A stretch of DNA of 64,000 bases, taken from Camelus ferus. Its lineage: Eukaryota. The position numbers were made by a program, and so were the translations under genes. Of this stretch, positions 62,556-64,000 are shown piece by piece. Each line of letters opens with the position of its first letter. Position 1 is the first letter of the stretch. The DNA lies in the NCBI RefSeq assembly GCF_009834535.1, contig NC_045697.1, positions 40,364,001 through 40,428,000 on the forward strand, read 5' to 3'. The notes below the pieces were generated by a model. It was not told the origin of the DNA. It searched no databases and saw only the letters and a list, made by a program, of their open reading frames with translations.

Positions 62556-64000
62556 ATGTCATTTCCACACTGTGAAACTTTTAAGGAGATTCTTCTATAT
62601 TTGTAACAAATTCAGGATCTGACAATTTGGTTATTATTCAGTCATTTTTTCAAGACTTTGCTTTTCTCTATCTAAATGAAGGGGCACCTCCCCACACCAG
62701 TGTCCCCACCAAAGTGTGGAGTCAAAACAGATGGACAGGATAAATCAGTAATATTAAAATATTCCCTGACTCCTTGAGGCCGTAGGAAATCAGGTCAATT
62801 GTTAGCAAAACACTGTTGAAACAAGGTACGTCCATGTCATCTGGTCAATCAGCTCCTTCAAGTCAGAGTGTCACGCAATTGCTTTCTTGTTCTTCTGTGT
62901 TCCCATGGTATGTTGTAGTCATTCCCCGAATCTGACCAAAGCATCTGTTTCCCATCCTCCACAGTGTACTTCTACCGGGAATTACCGTTTTTACTTCATA
63001 AGAGTAAATGCATACAGTGCATGGCATTTTTTAAGATGAGGGCTGAAAATAATAATAATGTACTAGTACTTGCTATTCTTAACCCCCACTCCAAAAACCA
63101 CTCAGTACAAACAACTGCTCGACCAGCTCTGTCTGGGAAGAGCAGATTTAGAAAGAAGGGAGACACTATAGACAGTACCACATATGAGAAAGAAAATACA
63201 GCTGTCTCAGCCTGCTCCATTGTGGGATGCTGCAGGACTCTGACTCACTTCGCAACTATTGTCCTTCCTGAATGTAGAAAAAAAACCTAAATAGTCTTTT
63301 ATACAATGAGTTCAGCTCAAGCAAATCTCTCCTGACCCTGCATTGCTCCAGGACTAGATGTCGCCAATGTTAATATCTGTATTGGACACTCTGTGTAATT
63401 CTTTTTCCAAAAGAGCAGACCAAACAATTTGTCAAGTAGAGACAACTCTGTACACACAGTACTGTCCTGTGTAAGCAACAGAGGTAGTGGACAAATGAAA
63501 AGAAGCAAGAACTATTGATGACATTTCAAGAATAAACACATCGTTCCTCCCTAAAAAAGAATATATTTGCAAATAGCACCACCTGCTAAATCTTGCTGGC
63601 CAGGAGAGCAGATCCAAACAGCCCATCCACCTCTCCTGAGGGTACTTGGAGTTTTCATGAAGAAAAGTTCCAGAGTTATAAATAAATGTTCCAAACATCT
63701 CTATAATTACTTGTTACTTTTAAAGTATTGTCTGGGTAGAAATTCATTTGCCTAAAGCATACTTTGCAACTGACCAGTAGTAAGGAATTTAGTCCAAGAA
63801 AGGCACATTTTTACTTTAGTTAAAGTTATAAAAGCACACCCCCCTCTTCTAGAATGTGGGAAACGTTTCCCCTCTAGTTCTACGTTTCCCCAAGAGCGAT
63901 CAGAGGCCGACACGCGGGATCGTGTATCAGCAAGTGACCTCTTCACCAGTCACTTCTCCACAAAACCTACCATTAAAGGACCCTTCCCACGCAAACAAAA

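Noticed and set aside
63858..63871. Palindrome GGGAAACGTTTCCC resembling an NF-kB site
   Set aside because: The spacing is longer than the 10-11 bp kB consensus, and it is a single motif at the window edge.
29100..64000. DMP1 exons or an unknown extra SCPP gene upstream of IBSP
   Set aside because: By eye I found no signal-peptide exon, SxE phase-0 exon or long acidic ORF; very short exons cannot be fully excluded.

Overview
Mammalian genomic DNA, most likely from a camelid, judged from tRNA-Ala-like SINEs resembling the camelid vic-1 family and cetartiodactyl-type L1 3' ends. The window lies in the SIBLING/SCPP cluster. The minus strand carries the complete 7-exon IBSP (bone sialoprotein) gene (about 17.2-28.84 kb) with its inverted-TATA/inverted-CCAAT promoter, and downstream of it the 5' part of MEPE (proximal exon 1, signal-peptide exon 2 and a probable distal alternative first exon near 11.4 kb). 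Positions 29-64 kb are repeat-rich intergenic DNA upstream of IBSP (L1, L2, MIR, hAT, MaLR/ERV solo LTRs, SINEs) with no recognisable gene. The main anomaly is a +1 frameshift in IBSP exon 7 (about 18033). As written it truncates the protein to 226 aa and removes the RGD/Tyr-rich C-terminus. This could be an assembly artefact or a real allele. I found no convincing new multi-gene system. Repeat boundaries are approximate and subfamily names are from recall, not a database search.
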